Assembly (NCBI GenBank): GCA_965248535.1
Contig: CBDFJR010000005.1
Span: forward strand, 416,001-480,000
DNA from: Phormidesmis sp.
GTDB taxonomy: Bacteria; Cyanobacteriota; Cyanobacteriia; Leptolyngbyales; Leptolyngbyaceae
Direction of reading: 5' to 3'
DNA length: 64,000 nt
Part shown: positions 10,442 to 19,424 of the stretch, one piece after another
How positions within the stretch are numbered: position 1 is the stretch's first letter
Layout of the letters: every line of letters starts with the position of its first letter
Position numbers and translations under genes: made by a program
The notes under the pieces: model-generated
The model's database searches: none
What the model was told of the DNA's origin: nothing
The model's input: the letters and a program-made list of their open reading frames with translations, nothing else

Positions 10442-11266
10442 TTAGTGATCGGTCGCAAACCGACTGAATAGGAAATCGAGGGCTTGGTTCCGCAGGGTGT
10501 AGTAGTGGGGATCTTCCATGATCTGCGTGCGAATGCGCGGACGGGGGAAGGGAATGTCTAAAATCTCGCCAATTTTAGCGGCGGGGCCGTTGGTCATCAT
10601 CACGAGGCGATCGGCGAGAAACAGCGCTTCGTCAATGTCGTGGGTGATCATCAGCACGGTGACGCGGTGCTCTGTCCAGATCTGCAAGAGTTCTTCCTGC
10701 AATTCTTCTTTGGTGATCGCGTCGAGTGCCCCAAAGGGTTCATCTAAAATCAGCACTTGAGGATAAATGGCCAAAGCACGAGCGATCGAGACGCGCTGTT
10801 TCATGCCGCCCGACAGTTGACCGGGTTTTTTGTTCGCCGCTTCTTCTAACCCGACCATTGCTAGGTGCTTGTGCACGATGTCTTCTTTGTCTTTTTTGGG
10901 CTTGTCAGGGTAGACCGAGTTGACGGCTAGATAGATATTCTCAAAGGCCGTTTTCCAAGGCAGCAGCGAGTAGTTTTGGAAGACGACCATGCGATCGGGC
11001 CCAGGTTCCGTAATCCGCTGCCCTTGCAGACGAACTTCACCACTAGAGGGCTGCCGAAACCCAGACACCATATCGAGCAGCGTGCTTTTGCCGCAGCCAG
11101 AGTGACCAATGACGCAGACAAATTCTCCCTCATTGACCGTGAGATTTACCTGGTCTAAAACCGTGTAGTCTCCGCTCTTGGTCGGATAGACCTTAGATAG
11201 GTTATCGACGACGAGAAACGCATCAGGCTGAAAAGTTTGAGGAGTCGAATCTGTTAAGGTCTGCAT
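10442..11266 (-). CDS. nrtD: Nitrate/nitrite ABC transporter ATPase
   Basis: GHSGCGKST, LSGGMKQR, LDEPFGALD; operon position. Confidence 0.95.
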   Translation of the reverse strand: MQTLTDSTPQTFQPDAFLVVDNLSKVYPTKSGDYTVLDQVNLTVNEGEFVCVIGHSGCGKSTLLDMVSGFRQPSSGEVRLQGQRITEPGPDRMVVFQNYSLLPWKTAFENIYLAVNSVYPDKPKKDKEDIVHKHLAMVGLEEAANKKPGQLSGGMKQRVSIARALAIYPQVLILDEPFGALDAITKEELQEELLQIWTEHRVTVLMITHDIDEALFLADRLVMMTNGPAAKIGEILDIPFPRPRIRTQIMEDPHYYTLRNQALDFLFSRFATDH

Positions 11267-11293
11267 AGGTGAAGAAGGGAGAATAAGGACGGG

Positions 11294-13318
11294 TTAGGCA
11301 GCGCTTTTGACACGATCGCTGGGCTGATCGAGCAAGATTTCTTCGACGTGAATCTCGTGACTGATCTCTAGAGATTTGAGATAAGCGATCGGGTCATTGG
11401 GGTTAAACACCACGCCATCAAACAGCGTCAAAGAGTTGCGGTTTGGGTCAGTGCCGGGGTAGCCGACCTGTTTGGCGGCTTCGCCATAGAGTTCGACTTG
11501 ACGGACGCGATCGAGAATCTCAATCCAGTTTTTAGGAAAAGCGGGAATGATCTCCCATCGGGCCAATTGGGTCAAAATCCACAGGGCACCGACGCGCTGC
11601 GGGCAGTTGGTTTGCTCAATGTGAAACTGATTGAACCGCAGCAGCGACTCGGCTTTGCGATCGCCGCCATAGGCATAGGGCGCAATGAACCCAGGACGAA
11701 TATATTTCACGTCAGCCCCGACATATTCAGGTCGGGCTAACAGGTCGAGCATATCTTCGCGGTGACGACGCTCATCGCAATATTCGCAGGCTTCGAGCAG
11801 GGCTTTCATCAGCGCCAAGTGCGTTTCAGGGTGTTGAGTGGCCCAGTCTTCGCGCACGCCCAAAACTTTTTCGGGGTGGCCCGTCCACAGATCATGGGTT
11901 GTCGTGAGCACGACTCCCAATCCGTCTTGAACGGCCCGCGAGTTCCACGGTTCGCCCACGCAGAAGCCGTCCAGTGTTCCCGCTTCTAAACTGGCTACCA
12001 TCTGAGGCGGCGGCACCGTGATTAGGTTCACGTCACGATCGGGGTCAATGCCCGCCGAGGCTAGCCAATAGCGCAACAGCAGATTTTGCATCGACGCGGG
12101 ATGCACCACGCCCAACGTGTGGATCTCTCCGGGGGTTTGAGTGATCAACTGTTTGAAGTCTGCCAGCGATCGCACGCCGCGATCGTAGAGTTTTTTGCTG
12201 ATGGTGATCGCATCGCCGTTGCGCGACAGCACCATCGCGGTAAGCACGGGCAGGGGGGCTTTGCCGTTCATGCCGAGGGTGATTCCTAGGGGCATTCCGG
12301 CTACCATCTGCGCCGCGTCTAGCCGTCCGCTGGTCACGCCTTCGGCGATCGCTTTCCAACTCGGTTCGCGGTGCAGCGTTACGTCTTCTAGCCCGTGCTT
12401 TTTAAAGAAGCCTTTTTCTTTGGCAATGATCAGCGGCGCGCAGTCGGTGAGGGGAATAAACCCAATATCGAGATTGACTTTTTCTAAACCGTTGCGGGCG
12501 ATCGCCACTTTGACTCTTTCTTGAGCTTTGCGCTTTTTGTCGCGCTTTTGCTGGTTTAGGAAGTAAATAATTTCGTTCCGCAGCGCGTAGTAGCTGGGGT
12601 GATTGACGACTTCCATGCGCTGGCGTGGGCGCGGCAGGGGGATATCGAGAATCTGACCAATGTGAGCATCGGGGCCATTGGTGAGCATGACGATCCGATC
12701 GGAGAGCAGCAGCGCCTCATCCACATCGTGAGTCACCATCAAACACGTCACCCGACTCTCTTCGCAGATTCGCATCAGTTGCTCTTGCAGGTTGCCCCGC
12801 GTCAGCGCATCCAACGCGCCAAACGGCTCATCAAGCAGCAGCATTTTAGGACGAATGGCTAGGGCACGAGCGATCGCGACGCGCTGTTTCATGCCGCCCG
12901 ATAGCTCTTTGGGTTTGCGGTTGGCCGCAGGTCTTAGCCCCACCAAGTCAATATTCTGTTCGACAATGCCTTTGCGCTCACCTTTGGGCAAATGACTGAG
13001 AACTTTATCAACGGCCAGCGCGATGTTTTCATGCACGGTCAGCCAGGGCAATAGCGAATAGTTTTGGAACACCATCATGCGATCGGGCCCCGGACTGGTT
13101 ACCTGTCGCCCTTCGAGCACGACCCCGCCCACGCTGGGCTTGTCCAATCCCGCGACGATGCTGAGAAGGGTCGATTTGCCGCAGCCAGAGTGACCGATCA
13201 GCGTCACAAACTCGCCCTGACGAATCTGAAGTTCAATATTTTTTAGGGCAACATAGCTCCCGCCACCTGTGAGCGGAAACACCTTATCAACGTGGTCAAT
13301 TTCTAAAAAGACAGACAT
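11294..13318 (-). CDS. nrtC: Nitrate/nitrite ABC ATPase with C-terminal NrtA-like regulatory domain
   Basis: ABC ATPase plus GFIPLTDCAPL...CVGEPWN domain; start set at MSVFLEID. Confidence 0.95.
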   Translation of the reverse strand: MSVFLEIDHVDKVFPLTGGGSYVALKNIELQIRQGEFVTLIGHSGCGKSTLLSIVAGLDKPSVGGVVLEGRQVTSPGPDRMMVFQNYSLLPWLTVHENIALAVDKVLSHLPKGERKGIVEQNIDLVGLRPAANRKPKELSGGMKQRVAIARALAIRPKMLLLDEPFGALDALTRGNLQEQLMRICEESRVTCLMVTHDVDEALLLSDRIVMLTNGPDAHIGQILDIPLPRPRQRMEVVNHPSYYALRNEIIYFLNQQKRDKKRKAQERVKVAIARNGLEKVNLDIGFIPLTDCAPLIIAKEKGFFKKHGLEDVTLHREPSWKAIAEGVTSGRLDAAQMVAGMPLGITLGMNGKAPLPVLTAMVLSRNGDAITISKKLYDRGVRSLADFKQLITQTPGEIHTLGVVHPASMQNLLLRYWLASAGIDPDRDVNLITVPPPQMVASLEAGTLDGFCVGEPWNSRAVQDGLGVVLTTTHDLWTGHPEKVLGVREDWATQHPETHLALMKALLEACEYCDERRHREDMLDLLARPEYVGADVKYIRPGFIAPYAYGGDRKAESLLRFNQFHIEQTNCPQRVGALWILTQLARWEIIPAFPKNWIEILDRVRQVELYGEAAKQVGYPGTDPNRNSLTLFDGVVFNPNDPIAYLKSLEISHEIHVEEILLDQPSDRVKSAA

Positions 13319-13371
13319 GGTAAAAAGGGGGTCAGGGGTCAAAGATCGAGCGCAACGGTCAGAACTGAAGC

Positions 13372-14205
13372 CTACTTTTCTGAAACAATCAGCGAACCGA
13401 GATAGTTGACGAGCCGATCGAGCGCCAAGCCCACCAGACCGACATATAAGACCGCGATAATGATCTGGCTCATGCTGTTTTCGTTGCCTGCGTTGTAGGC
13501 ATCCCAGATAAAGAAGCCGATGCCGCCTTCAGCTTTGAGCATTTCTGCTGCCACGATCGCCAGCCAAGCCAAGCCGATGCCAATCCGCAGTCCACCAAAC
13601 ACATAGGGCACGGTCGAGGGCACCAAGATGTTGAAGAAATATTCTTTGCCCGACAGCCGCAGCACTTTAGCCACGTTGTTATAGTCTTGGGGAATTTGTT
13701 GAACCCCTAAGGCAGTGTTGATGACGATCGGCCAAATTGCCGTAATAAAAATCACAAATAGCGCGGCGGGCGTGCTGTCTTGAAAAATGCCCAGCGACAG
13801 CGGCAGCCAAGCCAGAGGCGGAACCGTCCGTAAAACCTGAATCATCGGGTCAAGACCGCGGCGCATAAACTGGCTCATGCCAATCAGCACACCGAGAGAA
13901 ATGCCCACGATCGCCGCTAGTGAGTAGCCGATCATCACGCGCTGCAAACTGATCCAAATCTGCAACCCTAACCCTTTAGAGGTGCCGCCCTCGTCATAAA
14001 ACGGATTGATAATTAGATTAAAGGTTTGCTGCAAAACTCTGATCGGGCCGGGCATTTTGGTCTCTGGTGAGAGACACAGCAATTGCCAAACTGCCAGCAC
14101 CGCGATCGTGCAGATCAGGGGCGGAAGTAGCTGCTTTGCAGACTTTTGAATCGTTTCAACCAAGGCAGACGGCGGCGCTGGACGAAGGGAAGGATTAATA
14201 GTCAT
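13372..14205 (-). CDS. nrtB: Nitrate/nitrite ABC permease
   Basis: VLRTVPPLAWLP, GLAWLAIVAAEM, GIGFFIWD; start set at MTINP. Confidence 0.94.
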   Translation of the reverse strand: MTINPSLRPAPPSALVETIQKSAKQLLPPLICTIAVLAVWQLLCLSPETKMPGPIRVLQQTFNLIINPFYDEGGTSKGLGLQIWISLQRVMIGYSLAAIVGISLGVLIGMSQFMRRGLDPMIQVLRTVPPLAWLPLSLGIFQDSTPAALFVIFITAIWPIVINTALGVQQIPQDYNNVAKVLRLSGKEYFFNILVPSTVPYVFGGLRIGIGLAWLAIVAAEMLKAEGGIGFFIWDAYNAGNENSMSQIIIAVLYVGLVGLALDRLVNYLGSLIVSEK

Positions 14206-14258
14206 GAGGAGTTGCAGAGAGGGTAGGGAAGGAACTGGGTGCATCAAAAAATTCTGTC

Positions 14259-14285
14259 GGGGAGCATGACCTAACCATGCTCCCC
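14259..14285 (-). other. Intercistronic stem-loop after nrtA
   Basis: GGGGAGCATG / CATGCTCCCC perfect 10-bp stem 8 nt after nrtA stop. Confidence 0.7.
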
Positions 14286-14293
14286 AGGTTTAT

Positions 14294-15619
14294 CTAGGCT
14301 TTCTTAATCTTGAGGCTGCTTAGATAGCCTGCGGTGTCAGCCGCATCAAACTTGGTGCCGTTAAACAGCGTTTCGATGCCGCGAGACGAGTCTTTAGGAA
14401 TCGCGGCTTCTTGCCCGATCGCCTTCGCGGCGGCTTTCCACAGATCTTCGCGGTTGACTTTATCGACCATCGCTTTGATGTTGGTGTCGGGCGCAAACTT
14501 GCCCCAGCGAATGTTTTCGGTGATAAACCAAGCATCGTGATTCTTAAACGGATAGGAGGCTCCATCGCGCCAGAATTTCATCAGCAAGTCGCTGCTTTGC
14601 AGACTGCGACCATCGCCAAAATCAAAGTTGCCTTTTGCCCGATCGATAATGTCTTTTGCCGGAGCTTTGACATATTTATCAGACGAGAGAATTTCGCACA
14701 TTTCTTGCTTGTTCTCGTCTTTGTCGCACCAAATTTGCGCTTCTTGAATCGCCATCAGCAGCGCTTTGGCCGCTTTAGGGTTTTTATCGACCCAATCTGC
14801 CCGCATTGAAAAGGCTTTTTCGGGGTGTCCTTTCCACAGTTCGCCCGTGGTGACGGCAGTGTAGCCCAATTTTTTGTTGACCAGACGACTGTTCCAAGGT
14901 TCACCCACGCAGAAGGCATCCATCGTTTTGGTTTCCATGTTGGCCACCATTTGGGGTGGCGGAATCACCACGATGTCTACGTCATTATCAGGATCGATGC
15001 CACCCGCCGCTAGCCAATAGCGCATCCACAAATCGTGGGTGCCGCCGGGGAACGTCACCGCCGCTTTAAATTTTTTGCCCGCCGCTTTTGCCGCGTCAAT
15101 TTTGGCTTTGAGCAACGAGCTATCGGCCCCAACTTTCAGGTCGGCGTAGTCATTAGACAGTGAGATGCCCTGCCCATCGGTGTTGAGTCGCGCCAAGATA
15201 TACATCGGCAAGGGGGTGTTGCCCTTGGTGATCTTGCCTGCTGACATGAAATAGGGCATGGGGGTGAGAATGTGTGCCCCATCAATGCCGCCTTTGTCAG
15301 AGCCGAGTTCGAGGTTGTCGCGAGTCACTGCCCAAGAGGTCTGCTTGGTGACGGAGACATCTTTCATCCCATATTTCTCGAAATAGCCTTTTTCTTTGGC
15401 AATCACCAGTGGCGCGCAGTCGGTTAGGGCAATGAATCCGAGTTTGGCAGTGGTGACTTCAGGCGTTTCGGCCGTGCCAGAGTTGACAGCAGGAACGGCG
15501 CTAGGCGAAGCACTTCCACTCGTGGCAGATTTGGGGCTGCTACAGCCGTGAACGAGTAGGGTTCCGGCGGCGGTTGCGCCTGCGGTGATGATAAATTTCC
15601 GTCGTGAAAGATTGCTCAT
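14294..15619 (-). CDS. nrtA: Nitrate/nitrite-binding lipoprotein (Tat signal, lipobox)
   Basis: SRRKF twin-arginine, LVHGC lipobox, GFIALTDCAPL, TFPGGTHDLW; directly downstream of nirA. Confidence 0.94.
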   Translation of the reverse strand: MSNLSRRKFIITAGATAAGTLLVHGCSSPKSATSGSASPSAVPAVNSGTAETPEVTTAKLGFIALTDCAPLVIAKEKGYFEKYGMKDVSVTKQTSWAVTRDNLELGSDKGGIDGAHILTPMPYFMSAGKITKGNTPLPMYILARLNTDGQGISLSNDYADLKVGADSSLLKAKIDAAKAAGKKFKAAVTFPGGTHDLWMRYWLAAGGIDPDNDVDIVVIPPPQMVANMETKTMDAFCVGEPWNSRLVNKKLGYTAVTTGELWKGHPEKAFSMRADWVDKNPKAAKALLMAIQEAQIWCDKDENKQEMCEILSSDKYVKAPAKDIIDRAKGNFDFGDGRSLQSSDLLMKFWRDGASYPFKNHDAWFITENIRWGKFAPDTNIKAMVDKVNREDLWKAAAKAIGQEAAIPKDSSRGIETLFNGTKFDAADTAGYLSSLKIKKA

Positions 15620-15759
15620 TATCCTATTCCAATTGATTTCGCTGGGTTTGAGGGTGCTGCAAGGGGGAAATCTTGCAGCGTGTGAGGAGGAACGGGATCA
15701 ATGGGCAGCCATTAGCGTTTAACTGCCCTAGGTGTCCGGGTAGGTGGAGTCAATGTCAG

Positions 15760-15939
15760 TTAAGCATCGATCGCCACAGCACCCACCGGATGAGCGATGC
15801 ACGTCAGAATGATTCTGGCGGCGCGATCGTCATCATCCAGTGCGTCAGGTTCGCCGTCATAGCGAATTTCTCCTGAGAGGAGGGTTTGTTTGCAGGTGCC
15901 ACAGGTTCCCGATCGGCAACTGCTGTCGAGTTCGACCCC
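15760..15939 (-). other. Out-of-frame C-terminal half of a plant-type [2Fe-2S] ferredoxin domain continuing nirA
   Basis: -1 frame from the G4 run (15936-15939) reads VELDSSCRSGTCGTCKQTLLSGEIRYDGEPDALDDDDRAARIILTCIAHPVGAVAIDA-stop (TAA 15762-15760). Confidence 0.9.
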
Positions 15940-17651
15940 GACTGTTCAGCGATTTCTAGAATTGAGCCACCGTCGGTCGAGGTGACTGTCTTGCCAGATT
16001 TTGCAAACTGAACAGTGGCGGATGGGGCCGCGATCGCCGGAGCAGACCCTTCAGATCCGGGGGTTCGCTCGTCCTCGACAGTCACTTTAAGTTGAGAGGG
16101 TTGGGCGGTGGGCATTTCTGCGGTGAGATGGGCCCCAAACTGCTCGACCAAAATGTCTCGCAAAATGGGCTTGAGATCTTCACAGGGAATGCCTTTTTGC
16201 ACACAGGTGCCCAGATGAGCATCTTTGCCGACGGTGCCTCCCATGTAGAGGTCTACGCCTTCGAGGGTACGTCCGTTTTTGCGAACTTTGGTGCCCATCA
16301 AGCCAATGTCGGCCACTTGCGGCTGACCGCAGGAGTTGGGGCATCCTGTCCAGTGAATGCGAACGGGACGATCGCAGAACAATTCCGCTTCGAGTTCTTT
16401 AATCATCGCCACAGCGCGGTTTTTGGTTTCAATCAGCGCAAAGTTGCAGAACTGGGAACCCGTGCACGACACGAGGGCGCGAGAGAGATTGTTAGGGTTG
16501 GGGGAAAATCGCTCGACGATCGCTTCCTCAAGCATCGCCGGGAGTCGAGAGTCGGGCACGTTGGGCACGATCACATTTTGCTCGACCGTGAGGCGAATCT
16601 CGCCACTGCCATAGACTTCAGCCAGTCGCGCTAGGTCAAACATATCTTGAGCAAACAGCCGACCGACCGGAACGTGTAGCCCCACATAATTCAAACCGGG
16701 CTGCTTTTGGGCATAGACCCCGATGTGGTCGCGTTTGTCCCACAAAATCTCGTCTTTGAGGGCGGCGGTGTGCAGAGAATGCCCCATGTGCCGCTCGACT
16801 TCAGAGCGAAATTTCTCAATGCCCCACTCGTCGATCAGCCACATCAGGCGAGATTTTTGACGATTGGCGCGTAGCCCATGATTGCGATAGACGGTGAGGA
16901 TCGATTCACACATTCCCACTACATCATCGGGGGTCACCCACACATTCATCGGCACGGCCGCTTCACATCGCTTGGCCGAAAAGAAACCTCCGACCAAAAC
17001 ATTAAAGCCTAATACGCCATCTGTGTAGGCAGGCACAAAGGCAATATCGTTAATTTCAGCGTGGACGGAATTGTCTCGACAGCCCGCGATCGCGATGTTG
17101 AACTTGCGAGGCAGATTGGTAAATTCAGGGTTGCCCTGGCCATGATTGGTAATCATGTCTTGCACTTGCACGGCTAACTCGCGGGTGTCAAACAACTCGT
17201 CGCCATCAATGCCTGCGACAGGTGACCCCGTGATATTGCGAACGTTATCCATCCCCGACTGAACACTGGTCATCCCAGCTTTGTCAAAGCGGTTAAAAAT
17301 GTCGGGCACATCTTCAATGCGAACGCCGCGCAGTTGAATATTTTGGCGAGTGGTCACGTCTGCATAGCCGTCTTCACCATAGCGCTGCACGATCTCTGCC
17401 AAGATGCGCGTTTGGGTGCTGGTGATGATGCCGCTGGGCAATCGCATTCGCAGCATAAACTTGCCCGGAGTCACCGGACGGAAGAAAACCCCCAGCCATT
17501 TAAGGCGATGGTCACGATCGGCTTCGTCCATCGCTTCCCAGCCAATTTGAGCAAAATAATCCAATTCAGTCTTAACCGCAAGCCCGTCTTTCTCTGCTTT
17601 CAATTTTTCAAACTTGTTGAGCGTTGCGGTTGACGAAAGGGTGTCTGTCAT
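15804..17651 (-). CDS. nirA: Ferredoxin-nitrite reductase (siroheme, 4Fe-4S); C-terminal ferredoxin extension frameshifted
   Basis: TTRQNIQLRG, LPRKFN, CTGSQFC, TGCPNSCG; tail starts a ferredoxin fold (TVQFAKSGKTV...SILEIAE). Confidence 0.97.
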   Translation of the reverse strand: MTDTLSSTATLNKFEKLKAEKDGLAVKTELDYFAQIGWEAMDEADRDHRLKWLGVFFRPVTPGKFMLRMRLPSGIITSTQTRILAEIVQRYGEDGYADVTTRQNIQLRGVRIEDVPDIFNRFDKAGMTSVQSGMDNVRNITGSPVAGIDGDELFDTRELAVQVQDMITNHGQGNPEFTNLPRKFNIAIAGCRDNSVHAEINDIAFVPAYTDGVLGFNVLVGGFFSAKRCEAAVPMNVWVTPDDVVGMCESILTVYRNHGLRANRQKSRLMWLIDEWGIEKFRSEVERHMGHSLHTAALKDEILWDKRDHIGVYAQKQPGLNYVGLHVPVGRLFAQDMFDLARLAEVYGSGEIRLTVEQNVIVPNVPDSRLPAMLEEAIVERFSPNPNNLSRALVSCTGSQFCNFALIETKNRAVAMIKELEAELFCDRPVRIHWTGCPNSCGQPQVADIGLMGTKVRKNGRTLEGVDLYMGGTVGKDAHLGTCVQKGIPCEDLKPILRDILVEQFGAHLTAEMPTAQPSQLKVTVEDERTPGSEGSAPAIAAPSATVQFAKSGKTVTSTDGGSILEIAEQSGSNSTAVADREPVAPANKPSSQEKFAMTANLTHWMMTIAPPESF

Positions 17652-17766
17652 GGTGAGTCTTGTAGATAAAGGGTGTCCGAACCGAACACGGGCGATCGAG
17701 AAGCGAGTGTTTGCCTAGGTGAGTCAACCTACAGGAATTGACGCAATTTCTTGTGCTGATTAAGTC

Positions 17767-17808
17767 AAGGTAGGCGAGATCTCCGTGGAAATTCGTATAG
17801 CTAGTTAC
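17767..17808 (-). promoter_or_regulatory. Canonical NtcA-activated (class II) promoter of the nirA operon
   Basis: GTA-ACTAGCTA-TAC (17808-17795), 22-nt spacer, -10 box TACCTT (17772-17767) matching TAN3T. Confidence 0.92.
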
Positions 17809-17823
17809 CAAATATTTCTGATT

Positions 17824-17838
17824 ATGAAGTTAGTGCAT
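17824..17838. promoter_or_regulatory. NtcB (LysR) binding motif AT-N11-AT
   Basis: ATGAAGTTAGTGCAT centred about 70 nt upstream of the inferred nirA start site. Confidence 0.75.
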
Positions 17839-17940
17839 CAAAGTTTATGCGCTTCCAGCATTCGTCAAGAGAATTTCCTAGACTTTTGCATCTGCTGTTA
17901 CGATAGGTCGTCACTATGCGGATGCAGTTGAGAAAACATT

Positions 17941-18411
17941 ATGAAGCGTCGATCATTTTTGTCCTGGTTTGGGTTAGGTTGGGCCGTCAGCCGCTTGCCC
18001 ATTGCTTTAACCGCTATTGTTTCGGGGCTGTCGGCTTGCACTAAAAGCTCTGAATCATCACCGCCGATCGCTGACTCTGGCAAAGCTGCTCGAAGTGACG
18101 GCTTTCAGCCGATCGGGTCAGTGGCCGATCTCGATAAAAATGGACAAATTCTGAGGGATCAGTCGGCGATCGGCCCAGTGCTGGTGATTCGCAACCCATC
18201 TACGCCAACTGCGCTAGTGGCGGTGAACCCGACGTGCCCTCATCAGGGGTGTTTGGTGGCTTGGAAGAGTGAGCGGAAGTCCTTTGCTTGCCCTTGTCAC
18301 AACTCGACCTTTACAGCAGATGGAGCCGTGATCGAGGGGCCAGCCCACAAAGCACTAGGGACTTATCTGGCCAAGATTGAAGGAAATTCAATTTTGGCGA
18401 AGAAGGCTTGA
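17941..18411 (+). CDS. Small Rieske [2Fe-2S] Tat lipoprotein (PetC3-like)
   Basis: KRRSFL twin-arginine, LSAC lipobox, CPHQGC and CPCH Rieske boxes. Confidence 0.88.
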   Translation: MKRRSFLSWFGLGWAVSRLPIALTAIVSGLSACTKSSESSPPIADSGKAARSDGFQPIGSVADLDKNGQILRDQSAIGPVLVIRNPSTPTALVAVNPTCPHQGCLVAWKSERKSFACPCHNSTFTADGAVIEGPAHKALGTYLAKIEGNSILAKKA

Positions 18412-18694
18412 TCTAGGGGAGCGATCGCCCGATCGAGTCCTTATGTTCTGCAAATCTCGTAAAACCAGGTTCCTACAGACCTGCGTGAAGGCATATCTTT
18501 ACTGCGCCCGCTCCTATCTAAATTAGTCCCCTCTAAGCTCTGCCTTCAGATAGACAAATAATCCAAATAACACCCTTTAGGATTGCACTTGAGAGGTAGT
18601 TAGGTCTAGCAAAGTGTTTTGTAGGTGCAACAGACCTCGACAACCTCAAACTAATGCTTTGCTGTATAGTTGCAAGACCAATGGAGAGTGACTG

Positions 18695-19414
18695 ATGGAC
18701 GCAATTCGTGTAGTTTTAATTGAAGACCATGACCTAACACGATTTGGCATTCGTGCAATCTTGCAGCAGCAACCAGATATTGAAATTGTGGGTGAAGCAA
18801 GAGATGCAAAATCAGGGCTAAAGCTGCTAGAAACCACTCGGCCCGACGTGGCGATCGTTGATGTCGGCCTGCCCGATATGACTGGAATCGAGCTAACCCA
18901 GCGCTTTAAAAAGTCTCAGGAAGCTGGAGAATCTGCCGCCCACACCAGTGTGTTGATCATGACCATGCAAGATGACGAATCGGTTGTGCTGGCTGCATTT
19001 GCGGCAGGGGCGGATTCTTATTGCATGAAAGACACGAGCTTTAATCGTCTGTCAGAAGCCGTCAAAACCACCGCCGAGGGCAATGCTTGGATCGACCCGG
19101 CGATCGCGCGCATCGTGCTGCACCAAGTGCAAACGCCCCCCGACCAAGTGGCGGCTCCGGCAGCTAGCACGATCAATATCAATCGGCTCTCAGACGAAGA
19201 CAATGAAATGATGCTAACTTACCCGCTCACAGAGCGCGAGTTAGAGGTGTTGAGATTAATTGTTGACGGATGCAGCAATGCCCAAATTGCTGAAAAGCTC
19301 TACATCACAGTAGGCACTGTCAAAACCCACGTTCGCAACATTCTCAACAAACTGTGCGCCGACGATCGCACCCAGGTTGCCGTCCGTGCGCTTAGAGCAG
19401 GCTTAGTGCAGTAG
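18695..19414 (+). CDS. NarL/LuxR-family response regulator
   Basis: IEDH...AIVDVGLP receiver; LTERELEVL...TVKTHVRNIL HTH. Confidence 0.95.
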   Translation: MDAIRVVLIEDHDLTRFGIRAILQQQPDIEIVGEARDAKSGLKLLETTRPDVAIVDVGLPDMTGIELTQRFKKSQEAGESAAHTSVLIMTMQDDESVVLAAFAAGADSYCMKDTSFNRLSEAVKTTAEGNAWIDPAIARIVLHQVQTPPDQVAAPAASTININRLSDEDNEMMLTYPLTERELEVLRLIVDGCSNAQIAEKLYITVGTVKTHVRNILNKLCADDRTQVAVRALRAGLVQ

Positions 19415-19424
19415 AGTCCAGAGT

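Noticed and set aside
10442..15619. cmpABCD bicarbonate transporter (given nearby rbcL)
   Set aside because: Position between nirA and narB under an NtcA/NtcB promoter supports nrtABCD
15804..15935. Called NirA C-terminus SNSTAVADREPV...PPESF
   Set aside because: It is the out-of-frame reading of the ferredoxin domain, not a meaningful peptide
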